From assembly GCA_964106645.2 (NCBI GenBank), contig OZ067040.1: DNA of 64,000 bases. One strand, 5' to 3'. Numbering within the stretch: the stretch's first letter is position 1; every line of letters starts with the position of its first letter. A program made the position numbers and the translations under genes. The DNA is from Podarcis pityusensis (taxonomy: Eukaryota). This document shows, in pieces, positions 1 to 13,212 of the stretch. The notes beneath the pieces were generated by a model. It ran no database searches and was not told where the DNA came from. It saw nothing but the letters and a program-made list of their open reading frames with translations.

Positions 1-444
1 ACAATAGATTATTTTCCCAGCAAACTACACCATGGGTGCCAGTGCATGACTAATATGGTGCTAGAGCAAGCAAAAGGCCTTGTATCAAGGGAAGTGTTAC
101 AATATTGAATCTCCTTTTCCACTCAGATGAACGTTGCACATATATAACATAGCTATGCCTTCCAGCACAGCTACGTTTAACTTCAAAAAAAGACACTTCT
201 CAAAAATGAAGGGACTGGTAAAAAAGAGATTAACCCCCCTTGAACTTTCCCTTCAAACTCTCTAGAACACTTGGTGGTTATTCAAAATAATGATAACAGA
301 AACTCACTTAGAATGTACACCACAAATCGCAAAAGGTAATGTTAGAGATTGACATTTCACTTCCTGAGGCAAAGGCCAAGATGGCACCCATTCCTATTCC
401 ACAGTCCTTGTAAACCTCTCCAACCTGATGATGATGATGATGAT

Positions 445-530
445 AATTTTTTATTATTTATACCCCGCCCATCTGGGCGGCTTCCAACAAAACGCTAAAA
501 TATAATAACCTGTTAAACATTAAAAACTTC
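445..530 (-). mobile_element. L2-type LINE, 3' terminal fragment
   Basis: tttattatttataccccgcccatctgggcggcttccaacaa...cattaaaaacttc matches the copy at 63841-64000; adjoins a (TGA)n tract at 426-444. Confidence 0.6.
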
Positions 531-601
531 TGTCCATAGTATTTAAAAACACAACTTACATTTTATTTGTTGATTGTTCATATATCTTATATGTTCTTGT
601 T

Positions 602-738
602 CAAGTGTGGGGAATTGGTGGCCTTTGAGAGGTTGCTGAACTACAACTCCCATCATCCCTGATCAGTGGCTGTGTTTTCTGGAGCTAGTAGGAGTTGTAG
701 TTCAGCAATCTCTCAAAGGCCACCGATTCCTCGCACAT
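602..738. mobile_element. Palindromic hAT-type MITE (~135 bp family)
   Basis: Long inverted repeat gtggcctttgagaggttgctgaactacaactcc / ggagttgtagttcagcaatctctcaaaggccac; homologous to 9372, 38618, 42691 and 59296. Confidence 0.8.
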
Positions 739-3700
739 TTTTTTATAATGTTTGCAACTTAATTGAGCATAAAAAAAGAAAATAAGAAAAAAGAACCACC
801 AACTTTTCTCCCAGTGCAAATGCTGTGACATCACTGAACAGACATGTATTGTACCTCTTTTTTTCTGAAGATGTCTAGGAGAGGAAATTGCTTTTGGGCC
901 AGTTTAGGCTCCTCTGTCGGAGGGTCTGAAATGACAGTTGAAGGTTCAGAGTTTGGCTACCACTCCCCGTCCTCACTGGATAATTTGTTAACACTGAGTC
1001 TAGTTCTGGCAAATTCAGGGGTCAGGATTACTGCTGAACAGGTAACTCCTCTGAATTATCATCAGGGAGTTCTGTCAACTGCTTAACAAAGCACAAGGTA
1101 ATGCTTGATGTCAGTGCTCATGCATAACATTGTATGCACAGCTGCCTGGTCTGCGTAGACATTTGCTCCTTCTTCAAGGAGAATGAACTGGCCCTAGAAA
1201 TGTACAAATGTACCTAGCTTGATTTTTATGGTCTCGTGTCTGAACTATAATAATGTGCTCCTTACTGCCTTTCCCCCCACCCCCAGTCCTCTTTCATTTT
1301 CAGTAAATTCAAAATATTTCTGCTAAATTGTGCTACCTGTGCACATTTGCTCAGCCAGAAATTATATATACTTCTTGGAGAACTGTGTACATGTCCCACA
1401 CTGTATCTACAAAATAATTTGTGATGTGGAGCAATGTAAAGAGATGGGTGACAAAAACACATGCACCAGCTGTTAATGGGTCTCAAAATATAGACTTTGC
1501 ATGTACAGTAGACTTGTGTGCACACATAAAGACATTTGCAGATTATGCTACTTTTGTCTTATATCAGACATCAGGCAGTTTTCTTTTTATCAAGGAAACG
1601 ACTAGCTTAGCTTGATATTTTTGCAAAGCATGAAAGTTGACTGCAATATAATTTTCTATGATAACATTGTAAATGTCTAGCTTTATGACTGTAAAAAAGT
1701 AGCCCAATAATAGTAATGATAAAATCCAACATAGGAGTATGGAAAACTCAACGAATGCACCACACATTTGCCACCAGACTTGCCTGTGTCTCCTTTGCTA
1801 TATGCATCCCTATATGTTCACTCAGACTTATCTTGCCTGAAAATACTGTTCAGTTGCCAGGCAACCGTGGCAGTTCTGGTATGCAACGCATTGCAGGCAA
1901 AGTGCCATCCTGCTTTCTTAGCACACATCTAACAGATATTCATGACACAGAAAGAATGGTTTGCCCTCTTAAAGCACACACACACACCTACACCTGAATT
2001 CTTCGTATCCCTTAACCCAGTGATGCACACATCTTGATTTTCATCTTTTAAAAAATGCTTGCAAATGTACTGTGACTTACAAATGCATGAATATTACACA
2101 AAATGTTTAGTTTTGGACAGAAAGTAAAAAAGGGGGGAATATGTTGAGGCAACACTTAAGGCACAGGTAAATGAAATACAATTTCCTGCAGCTTACATTG
2201 TATTCAGAGCACAGAGGTGCTGCCTCTGCTCTCAGCAGAAGGTAAGTGTGCCCAATAATAATAATAATAACAACAACAACCATAATAAATATTAAATCTT
2301 CATCATTGAGTTTTATGGATGCAGCAGATCCCAACACAGCATATTCTTTGTTGATACAATTATCCTATATTTATTGTAGACCTGGGAAATGAAAATGAGT
2401 TTAATGATTCCTTAGCACCGTTCCTCAAGCACTTTTGGTTTTCTTTGCGGCTGCCAAGTCAATGTTACAAACTTGTGTCTATAACCTGATGAGCTGTTCT
2501 ACTACAGGGATTTGGATGCAGGCTGTGTGTCTGAATTGTATGGACCCAAAATAACCAACATATGAAGAACCTGTATATTTATTTTGTTTAAGTCACTGAC
2601 AAATATCAGATCTGATGACAAGGTCATATATCTTTGTTTTCTGCCAGTATGAAAGCAGTCAGAATGGCTCTGTTGGTAGGGTGATTTTTTTTTTTAAAAA
2701 GTGTTGCTTGAATTGTAGTTTTAAATTTTAAAATTATTGTTCTTTTATCTTTGTTTTCAAATCATGTATTACTTTTCTAATTATCTTCTGTTGCTTTTAA
2801 CGGTGTGCCACTTTGAACAGGCACTTGCCCAGAAAAACATACTATTTTTTAAAAAATAAATAAATAAATTGGAAAGGCTAGTCATTTAATTAGATGGTAG
2901 AAAGTGGAAGGGTGCAATTAACAAAGGATGCACTATTTGCACGGGTGTTAAATCTGTTCCCTCTTCCTGGTGATTCCACTCACTGAGAAGCAAGCCTGTC
3001 CCTGTCTTCATAGTCCACCCTAGCTTCTGTTTCACGGTAACATTACAGAGTGATGGATTTGCCCAAGACACACTGATTATTAAGTTGTTGGTTTATTTGC
3101 ATCCGCCAATCAAAACTTGGAGTATGCTGTTTAGTTCATAATAAAAGTCTTTATTCCAGCACAAAGTTAACCAAATTATATATGGTAAGGTGGAATTTTG
3201 TATCCTGTTGTCATTGTAAACATCCAATTATAGTAAGGGCCACTTCCAGCAGAACAAAACATCATTCTATGTTTTCGGAATGCTGAACCAGAGTAGTTCA
3301 CAGTACCACTTTTACACTGAAGGGTCAACCAGGTTGTCTTAAACCCTATTGTATGATACATTTGGATGTGGGAACTTCACCATGATGCAATTTTACTGTT
3401 TGGGGTGGGGAATAGGCAATTGATTTAGATATGTCTCCAAGCAGTAAGATGTAATATTTAGTAGGGGACAGGATATGTGATTCTGTGATTCACATAGTAA
3501 GTACTGGCTCTTACCATGTGAGGGTGCCTTCAAATAGAACATTTAGCATGCAAAAAATAATAATTGAGAATACCACCTTATGGTGAGTTTACCCCATCTG
3601 AAAGTTACATGTGTTCTGGATTTGAATAAAAAATTGAGATAGCCATGCCATGTTCATTATACCCTGAGGCAGAATTCTTCAAATGCTGAGTAGAAGGTCA

Positions 3701-6700
3701 CCTAGAAAGTTTAAGGTGTCACACCTGGCTAGGTTTGGAAAGTTGCATTGCAACAGTGCTGGTTGCTCTGAAAGCTCACAGCTGGTGTAAAATGCAGGCA
3801 ATGTAGCGTGCTATGGGGTTTGTCTGGGCTGCACCAGTCATGAAAGTTGGGCTTCTGTCTATACTTATTCCATTATAATACTATTTCTGAAACTATTGTT
3901 TATTGGAACTGAAAGCAGAAAGAGGAAGTCAAGCATATAACATACACCATAAAGCTTTCATTTGAACACAGACTTTATAAATAATTGCCAGTGCTCTAAA
4001 AGAATAGTTCTGAGCTGCAATCTTAAATATGTGGGGGTTTGGTTTTTTTTAAAAGAACACCATTGCACGTTCTTAGGGGAGGGAAGCTTTTTCAATATGA
4101 TCTCCTTCAGGATAATTAAATGGAGGGGGAGTAACCATTTAAGCTTTCCTTACATTTCTGACAAATAGCCTTCTCATTTGGTAAGTGGCAGCTTTTTGCA
4201 TACCATTTATTTAAGCTTACAGCACTTAAGTGATCCTTCTGACATAGTCATCCAGGTTTAGGAATTGGAGACCATGTAATTTTATGCTTCAGCTCCAGCA
4301 AATGTGATAGTATGCTGATCTCCTTAATGGCAGCTTTCTAATAATGCAACAATAGACATTATGCTTTTAGTTGGCAGACACCCACACAATGAGCCACCCA
4401 CATGCTGCCAGAATCCAAAGCCCACAATAGTGTTCAGATTTACATTTTGAGAGCTGTAAACTTATTAAAGCTTTTTACTACCAGTATGGAAAGGGGGTTT
4501 CTCCTCAAAGTTTTTTCCCCCTCTCTGCTTCAGAATTGTACATTCATGTCACATCACTCACTGCCAAGCCTGAGCAGAATACAGTAATAACTTGGAATCA
4601 AAATGTAAATTCAGTATTTAAAATCCAAAAAAGGTAAAACCAAAGGTTTGGCCCTTTTTTAAATGCATGCATCGCAAAAATAGTGCACTTATTCTATTGC
4701 ATTTTAGTTCTTTATAGTTATCATTGTACTATAGAAGTTAACATTCCATAAAATAATCATAACCCGTATTTAATTCTAGAAAAGAGTAAGGCAGGATACA
4801 TCTATGGAACAGGGCTGAACTGAAATGCCCCTATTTCACCACTCACATTGTGTGTGACAAAATAGCATTTTGGCTATTGTGTGTGGGGAGTGCAGATCTC
4901 AAGGGTGGGGACTTGAAATGTAACAATGCTCATTTTAGTTCCTCAGTGATGTGGAATGCCATTTTTTATTCCCCACAGTGCCATCAAAACAATAATACAT
5001 CCCTATATTGTTCCCAGAATGACATGTCTTTTGGGAGGACATTTCCCCAGCCCAAGAAAGCCCCTTGGAATGTGGCCAAGTCATGTGAGTGAGTTTTGTG
5101 CCCCCTCAAAATTCATCTCTACTCCCTCTTTCATCATGACTCCATCTTCCAAAAAAAAATTGGGAGCAAATTTCCCAAAGTTCCAATGATTGTTCCAGCT
5201 CTAATTTATATATAACTAATTACTGTTTGCAACCCATCTGACTCTGTAAGTCTCCACTGCACATTGGCTGAGCTTATGGGATCTTAACAGCCAAGGTACC
5301 AAGCGGCAAAATGAAAGCAACGGAATGATCGCATTCACTACAGCTTCTAAAAAGAAATGAAAGGTCTGTTTCACTGGCCAAAAAAACACTCACACAAATC
5401 TTACGACTGGAGTCTCTGAATGGCCAAGCAAGAAAATTAAGGTCTGGGAAGTCAAATGGGGAAATGGTAGTTACAGGCAGAGAAATCTGTGAACTAAGGT
5501 ATAGGAACTAAGGAAAGGATAGGTGGAGCATATAGTGACTTGAATAAAAGAAGATGGTAGGCCCAGCACCAATGGTTAACAGAGTCAGGTACACAGACTA
5601 GTAAAATGGTCCACTGTTGACCAGAAATTCTGGGGATGAATCCCATCTACTGACAATAGACTGAGGATACTGTATCAGAAAGTCACATTGCACATCACAC
5701 AGTCAGCTGGAATTTGTTCTTTCATGAAATGGAAGAGCATGCCAGAGATCTCTCTGGTGAATAAGAGGCTGTGAGGGCAATCTACCATTTCTGGTATGCA
5801 AGACTCGGACTCCAGTACCTTCATTATTGCAGGATGCCATTTTGCATTTGGTGATAAAGGATCCTTGATAACGTAGGAACTGATGGGATGATGTCCCATT
5901 TCCCAGTGGGACAGGTGCCAGTACATGTTAGGGAAAGAGAGTGTGACTCTTTCATGCTCCTAGAAACTGCTTATCAGCCATCTTTGCAATCAAGCGGTAT
6001 ATAAATAAATAAGAATAAATAAAAGAAAGGCCAAAGTACTGAACATCTTCAAACTATTTTAACAAATTTGTTGGCATGTACAGGTAATGAATTTTGGAAT
6101 ATTTGAAAATTGGATTTAAAAACAAAAACAAAAAAACCTTGTATTTATTTTTCTGCATTTGGAAGTTTCACTGTTTCTCATAATTAAAACTACAGTGACT
6201 GCCAAAAGACAGATGTTGCAAATCTGTTATATTTTTTAAAAAGTAACATAAGCTTCCATTCAAACAACCGCAAGGTCTAAGGGGATTTCGTAAATTTAAA
6301 AATTGCATTACTGTCTCAGATCCTAGGGAAAAATAAAAAATACCGTACTGGCTCATGATGGGAATACAGTTTCTTAAAATTAGTATTTTGTGTTCTGTTA
6401 ACTTTTTAAAAGGGCTTAAAAGTTCTGCAATTGCAGCTGCCATTACCATTTTCATTTTAATTAGTTGCAATACTTCAGTTGAATCTGTATGTGGACTAAT
6501 TATGTCTGCTACTTCTTTAAAAGCGTCCCAGGGCTTTTCAGCAACAACAGATCCATTGAATGTCCTGTCATTCAGGTTACAGCCTCGTTGTTCCCTTAAG
6601 CCATAATACTTTTAATAGCAGAGATATGCATATCTCTGAAACACTATGCAGAAATCTATTAAAGTGAATTATATTCGTTCCGAGTGGGGGGGAAAGAGGG

Positions 6701-7762
6701 CTGTGGGAATAAAGAGCACTGAAAATGTAAGTCCGTCAGCAGAAAAGAGTGGGAAACATACGATGCTGCCTGGATAAACAGTATAAAATCCTTGTCAAGA
6801 TTCATGAGAGTGGCACCCAGGGGATCTATTATGCCTGAAGAGACCTTTCATTTAGTCTGGTGACTGTCCAGAGAAAAGTTAAGAATCTGTTCAAGTGGCT
6901 CAAGTAGATACTAAATTCAAATGTTGGCGTTCAGTGCCCTACTTGAGAAGTTAATTCAAACAATGCTTACTTTAAACAATTGCCACATTATTTCAAATGG
7001 TTTCAAGCAATAGTATCCCTTTCAATCAAGTATCTCAGTCACACTATTAGTCTATTTTCTGAGTCTACTTCTGGGACTTCATTAGCAACTAATCATATAG
7101 AAAAAACACAAAATGGCTGCAAATCATCAGAGGTGTCCCCACTACCCCATCGCCCCATGACCCAATTCAGTTGTTGTAAAATGTGTGACAGGTGATTTGG
7201 AAACAAACAAAAAAAACCAAGCCCTGAACAACATTTGAATACTATGCATGTATACTCCAAAGCACTGCAAGGCTCTTGATTCTTGCATTTTTTCACTCAG
7301 ACACATCAGGCAGCATTCAACTAAAAACAATGTGCGAAAAGATTGACTTCAGTTAGTGTAACGGGCATGCTCCCCTGTCACCTCCCTCCATGTATGCTGC
7401 ATGTATTCATGTCCCTAAATCTGCTCTGGAAGTTTGTGGCGGGGGGAACGGGACAGAACAATTTTGGGACATGCCCTGGAGGTAGAGGAGAGGGTGGGAA
7501 GTCGTGTTGTATAGTGGAAGTAATTGCATGCTCACAAAGCACTATGTTGAATACAATCTATCCTGTGTGTCCTTTTTTACTTGGATCCCTATGTGCCAAG
7601 TTGTGGTGGAAACAGACGAGTCCAGCCCATCTGATCCTTCTGCTCACCTGTTCCTCCCAGCGTTATGAATGAATGAGAGATTTGCATGACTTCCTAGAGT
7701 GGACAATGCTCCGCCTTTCCCTGCCTGCGCACAATGCCAAGATGGTCATATGAAAGAGTGCA

Positions 7763-7909
7763 TGTGGCGCAGTGTTTCTGGCTGTTAACCAGAGGGTTGG
7801 TGGTTCGAGCCCACCCAGGGATGGCTGTGGGCAGCATACCTGCATTGCATGAGCTTGGACTAGATGACTCTTGGAGTCCCTTCCAACTCTACAATTCTAT
7901 AGTTCTATG
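7763..7909 (+). mobile_element. tRNA-Asn(GTT)-derived SINE with CR1-like 3' tail
   Basis: Head tgtggcgca...ggctgttaaccagagggttggtggttcgagcccacccaggga follows vertebrate tRNA-Asn, with B-box GGTTCGAGCCC and the D-arm partly deleted; tail ggactagatgactc...cccttccaactctacaattctatagttctatg is CR1-type. Confidence 0.8.
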
Positions 7910-7920
7910 TGACAATAATA

Positions 7921-8271
7921 GGGATGCGGGTGGTACAGTGGGTTAAACCACAGAGCCTAGGACTTGCCGATCATAAGGTCGGCGGTTCAAATCCCCACGA
8001 CGGGGTGAGCTCCCATTGCTCGGCCCAGCTCCTGTCCACCTAGCAGTTCGAAAGGACGTCAAAGTGCAAGTAGATAATAGGTACCACTCCAGCAGGAAGG
8101 TAAACGGCGTTTCCGTGCGCTGCTCTGGTTCGCCAGAAGTGGCTTAGTCATGCTGGCCACATGACCCGGAAGCTGTATGCCGGCTCCCTCAGCCAATAAA
8201 GCGAGATGAGCACTGCAACCCCAGAGTCGGCCACGACTGGACCTAATGGTCAGGGGTCCCTTTACCTTTAC
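7921..8271 (+). mobile_element. Sauria SINE, full length
   Basis: tRNA-like head, catgctggccacatgacccggaagctg core, ccctttaccttta tail; 10-bp TSD gacaataata at 7911-7920 and 8272-8281. Confidence 0.92.
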
Positions 8272-9167
8272 GACAATAATAAAATTAAAAACACTGGGTG
8301 GGGAATGGGAACTTTTGGTGTGGGGGCTATGTACACTGCTTAGAAATGCAGATAATTAAGAGGTATAGAAATCCTAAATAATGGATTTAGAAAGGATTCC
8401 TCAGAGGGGTATTGGGCTTCTACAAGTTGAAGCAAAGATCCTAGAGTGCTTTATGCATCAGTGATACAGACATCAAGAAACAAAAAGATGAGGACAACTG
8501 TATGTATCTAAGAATAAACCGTAAAGGGCAGGATGTGGGCAGAGAGGTAGCTTTTTCATCTCAAGTTCAAGGGAAAACCCTTGAATCATGAGGGGTAGGG
8601 GCGTCCTTGACTACTAACACGTCTAGGTTGTTATCAAAGAGAATAAAGATTTCCACTGCTCACCATCCCCAGTGCTTTGGGATGTTACTTCTCTAAACTT
8701 AAGACAGATGTCAGGTTAGGGAGGGCAGAAATTGCTGGCACAGCTCCATTGTAACGGTTAGGTCAAGCTTGTAAATACCCAGCACAAAGGCCTCTAGATC
8801 TGCAGCCATCTGCAGGTTTTCTTTCTCTCGTATATGCTATTTTTATACTATTTGATTGTAAAACATTAATAGAGATTAGTGAATCCTGTTTTAACCAACC
8901 TCCCAAAAAAACTGTAAAGGCTGCCCTTGCAGAAAAAAATTACTGCAGCTATCATTCTGAAATTTGCAGAATTTGTTACCTCAGGAGGGTGACCTTGCTT
9001 GCAAATTCATCCTCTTCGTCACATTTTAAAGAAATCTAAATTCAAGAGCATATATGGCAAAAGACTTTATACCTATTTGCTTGTAATATAGCAGGCTGTA
9101 TCCACAATGTAGGGACTAGTAGGCAAATTTTATCCACTTATATCAAAAGGAAAAAAGTTACAGCCAT

Positions 9168-9172
<5 letters not shown>

Positions 9173-9216
<44 letters not shown>
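9173..9216. repeat. (TTA)n microsatellite
   Basis: About 14 tandem TTA units. Confidence 0.95.
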
Positions 9217-9371
9217 TCCCTAGAACTAATGGGAGGAGGGGAAATGAAGTGAACTCAGACAATGAGTCACATTGGGCAGCCCATGACATACATTGAACCA
9301 AGTTGAATGCTAAATCTGGATCTGAACTGAATTCTGTGATCAATGCACACTCCTCATACACGTGCAATAAC

Positions 9372-9506
9372 CTAGCGGTGGGTGATCTATGGCCCTCCAG
9401 CAGTTGTTGGAATTCAGTTCGCATCAACCTTAGAAAGGTCAATAATCAGTAAGGATGGGGAGGGCAGTCCACCAACTTCTGGAGGGCCACAGGTTATTCA
9501 TCCCAG
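9372..9506. mobile_element. Palindromic hAT-type MITE, diverged
   Basis: Inverted arms tggccctccag...ctggagggcca; same family as 602 and 59296. Confidence 0.7.
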
Positions 9507-10570
9507 ATTCTGTTTGTAGTCCAGTGAGCTGCATTGGTATTCCACCTGTCAAATACATCTAATGACTTGTGCATGAGCTGCTTTATGGCTCAAAATACCA
9601 TCCTCGGTTAATAAAATAGAGTGTTCTGAGACAGTTTGTCCTTTTGGATTGCCTCATTAAGTTCTCAGGGATTTTTTTTTTGTCAGTTTATTAAGAAATA
9701 TCTGTCTATTCTCTGCTTAGACTCTTCTAATTAATTCCGATCTTTACTGCAAAACCAATGACATTGATATGCCATATCACTGGGCAGCTGTCAAAATGAA
9801 ATGCCTGTTGTGCAGTGTGGTGTTAATATCATCTAATGGCTACACACGACGGTGCTCTTACCTGTAATTTTTCTGAGAATGTTTGCCATTTGGGTATCTT
9901 TTGGCATCGTTTCAAGGAGCTTGCATTATGCCGTACTGCTCAAATGCTGAACTGAAATTGAAGAAGTCTAATAGACACTGACGGGATGCCTGCTCTGTGG
10001 GTAATGACCTTATTGACTGAGGAAGAATGCAGAACAGAAGATAGAAAGGCACTGCCCCTTTGGGAATGCTAAGGTTGCTGAAAGAGAATAAAGGCTACTT
10101 GAGTGTAACTGATATTTATGAAGTTAAGTGACTTCTTACCCATGAGTTTCAGTTTAAGATGCTTATTCCCTTTGATCTTGTCTTATAATTCATTCAACTA
10201 CTTTTTTCTCTACTCCTTTTTGCCTAGCTTGAGAACATTTGATATGAATGACAAATTAGGGAAAAAATATGCTGCGTAGGTGGGAAATATTCTATGTAAA
10301 GGGGGAGTATTGCAAGAACCATGGGAGGTTTGTGGAGTTTCTTGTTTTGTTTTGTTTTTGTTTTTCCTAGAAGGAAAAGTAAGGAATTCATGAAAGTACA
10401 ATTTGACACATACTTGCACTACGGACAGAGGTGTAAAGCAATAGCCTTTGGGGAAATGTACTGTTGAATTCATAGTACAGTGGTAACTAGAAATCTTTTT
10501 TGATTGACATATGTTACGTTTGCAGTTAAATCGTGTGCAAAATGTTCTGATGTTTTCGTGATGAGCAAAA

Positions 10571-10586
10571 GCAGCAGATGGCAGTG
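10571..10586 (+). promoter_or_regulatory. Candidate CTCF motif
   Basis: gcagcagatggcagtg resembles the CTCF core CCASYAGRKGGCRSY; motif match only. Confidence 0.3.
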
Positions 10587-11624
10587 AGTTGATTTTCTTG
10601 AATTTAAGCTATTTTGCGTCAGTTATTTATTATATAAATAATTCATATATGCTAGTTTTCTTTTTTGTTACTGAGGTTAGCGTCACAAAAACAGATATAT
10701 AGTGGGGTGGGGCTTGCTTGAAAGACTATTTTTGTATGTCTCAGCTTTGTTATCGCTGTACTTATTAGTACAGCAATATTAACAAAAATATGGGTAAATG
10801 TGATAAAATCCTGGAGTGCAGCTGTCAGTCGGTGTAGACAATACTTAGCTAGATTGACGAATGTCTGATTCAGTATAAGGCAACTTTGGTGCCCCCTCAC
10901 TTTCTATACTTTCTGCAGATTACGCCCCCTTATTTCTGTGAAAATCTCATTACCTTTATGAAAGAATAAAACGGAGGGAGGGTTGCCCAGCAAGCACTCT
11001 TCTTATAGTAGTGATCTTCTTTATTTAACCTTTTTTGTAAGTGGTAGGTTCATTTCCTTCTTTTGTACTGAAAAAAATCACTAACTACACAAATGCTTTG
11101 GGATATTGTCAGTTTCTTTATTTGTCTGTGGATCTGTGATGCCCTGGCTGTCAACTTTGCTTCCATTCATATGGAGGTAAACACAAAAATGTATGTTGCA
11201 TGGTTCCACTTCATTCCTGGAGAAATTGTAATCAGTTTCTAAAATATTTTTGAAGAGCTGGGTCACCAGTTCAGTCAAAGAAAATGACTACGTAGCTAAC
11301 TGAATTTAGAGTGGGGTGCTCTCACTCAGCCATCTCAATCCTATCACTGCCAGCAGAGGGTTATTGCTCCACTAACCAAAGCTGGCTGGAAGCAGCTTGT
11401 ATTTAATCAGCGCACCGCCTATGATGCACTGTGAAAACTCTCTGTTGAGTAAGCTGCTGCTGTTATAGTTGTTGCTGTTTTTATTGGACTTTTCAGTTTC
11501 CTTGATCTTTTATAACATGGTTTACAAATTATTTTAACTCTCATAATATCATAATGCAACCACAATAAATAATAAAACCACACAACTAAAAGTGTTGTTC
11601 TATAAAGGTAATCTTCCTGAATTA

Positions 11625-11715
11625 AAATGTTTTTAAAGCTCATTTAAAGGTGCAAAGGAAATGGATTTCCCTAAGGAGGGAATTTTGCAATCTAGTGCCA
11701 TTGCAGAAATGACCG
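11625..11715 (-). mobile_element. Old L2-like fragment
   Basis: gtttttaaagctcatttaaaggtgc...ggagggaattttgcaatctagtgccattgcagaaatgacc resembles the reverse L2 ORF2 end seen at 22285. Confidence 0.35.
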
Positions 11716-13166
11716 AACCTTTGGCAGTCACCAAAGTCATCCAATTTAAGGTCAGTTTCTCAACTGTTGCTTGTTCTCCGGGTTCTCCACATTCCTTAGC
11801 TTATGGGGTTTCAGACCACTTATGCCTTAGTGCCCAGTTGTGTGTCATTATGATGGATGCTGACAGTTGTCATATGTGCATACCCTCCCAGGAGAAGTGG
11901 CAAAGGAGGTGACAGAGAAAGAGGGGGTGGCCTTAGTCAGCAACTCTCTCTTTCCTCCATTTCCCCCATTATGAAGCCATTCCCAGATAACGTACCTCAA
12001 CAACAATGGGAATTTGGGACTCTGCATGATGGCTTAAGGATTTTCAGGGCAGTTGAAACTATGTATGACACACCCCTGTGAGATTCTGCAGAGATGTGAG
12101 AGCTATAGGTGTTCTTGACACACAGTAATCCTTCTTCTGTTATATGCAGTGTGGTCCGCACAAATCAAGGGCTGTGTGCATTTAACTACATGATGAGTTA
12201 ATAATTTGGAAAAAAGATATACAATTTCAAAAAAAGAATTTGTAGTTAAAACACTAGAGATATAGTTTGGGTAGGTTTTTTATAATAATAATAGCCTATG
12301 CACTTTATTTGTTTACTGCCATCCTTTTACTGATACTGATGAGAGAAAAGCATAAATATTCACATCTATCTGAAAACTGTATAGTTGTCAACTTTCATTG
12401 TTATCTGTAGAGCATAACATGTCTCCAATCTGAAAGCTAAAGATAATACAGCCTAGACTTTAATTTAGGATACATTTCAGTGGAAAGATAGATTAGGCAG
12501 CATGAACAAATTAATTATTGGCAGTCTCTCCTCATCTTTTAATGTTGCCAAACACTTGCTATGAAGCATGTAAGAATGTAGGAATTTAGCTACTCATGAT
12601 ACTTTCTAAATAGCACAATCAAATTACCAATTTATTACAAGTAATTGCAGCCTTTATGGGTGATCCAAAGAGCACAAATTGCACAAATATGCAGAACTAA
12701 AAAAAAACAACCCACTAATATTTTAATTATTAAAAAATGTTACAAAGAATTGCTACTATAAAAAACTGTTTATGTCATGCTGGTGTGAATACAGCCAATT
12801 CAAAAGATGTGGTTCAGAAATTTAACTTCCCTGTTTTTGTTATCTGTTCTATTTTCTTTGGTGGTTTTCCAGCACCTTTGCAGGGCTGGGTTTCCCTAGC
12901 TGTCAAGAAACATCAGTGTAAAATGTGTGGATAATGTCATTATACAGTTGACTCATTAGGTAGCAATGGACATCATTGTATCTCAGAGTCAAGAGTTTCC
13001 TAGGTCTCTTCTGTATGTGTTTAAGAGAGAAGATAAAGTTCTTCTCTAGTTTCATCACTGATGGGTTCTCTATGGGATAACCAGCCTCCTATAACCAACA
13101 TGCTTAATTTTAATTGATACATTAAGGGGTTACTGCTGTAGAGTAAGCTGTTCTGCCAGGCTTAGC

Positions 13167-13212
13167 TGTTCTGCCACTCTCCCTTACCTTGTTCTGCCAC
13201 TCTCCCTTACCT
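13167..13212. repeat. Perfect 23-bp tandem duplication
   Basis: tgttctgccactctcccttacct x2; partial third copy agctgttctgcca at 13146. Confidence 0.9.

Noticed and set aside
2191-2247. Micro-exon candidate ending CAGAAG|GTAAGT
   Set aside because: Good donor but weak acceptor and an unrecognised peptide; such sites are expected by chance in 64 kb.
7763-7822. Functional tRNA-Asn gene
   Set aside because: D-arm/A-box partly deleted, 5' acceptor strand missing, and fused to a CR1 tail.
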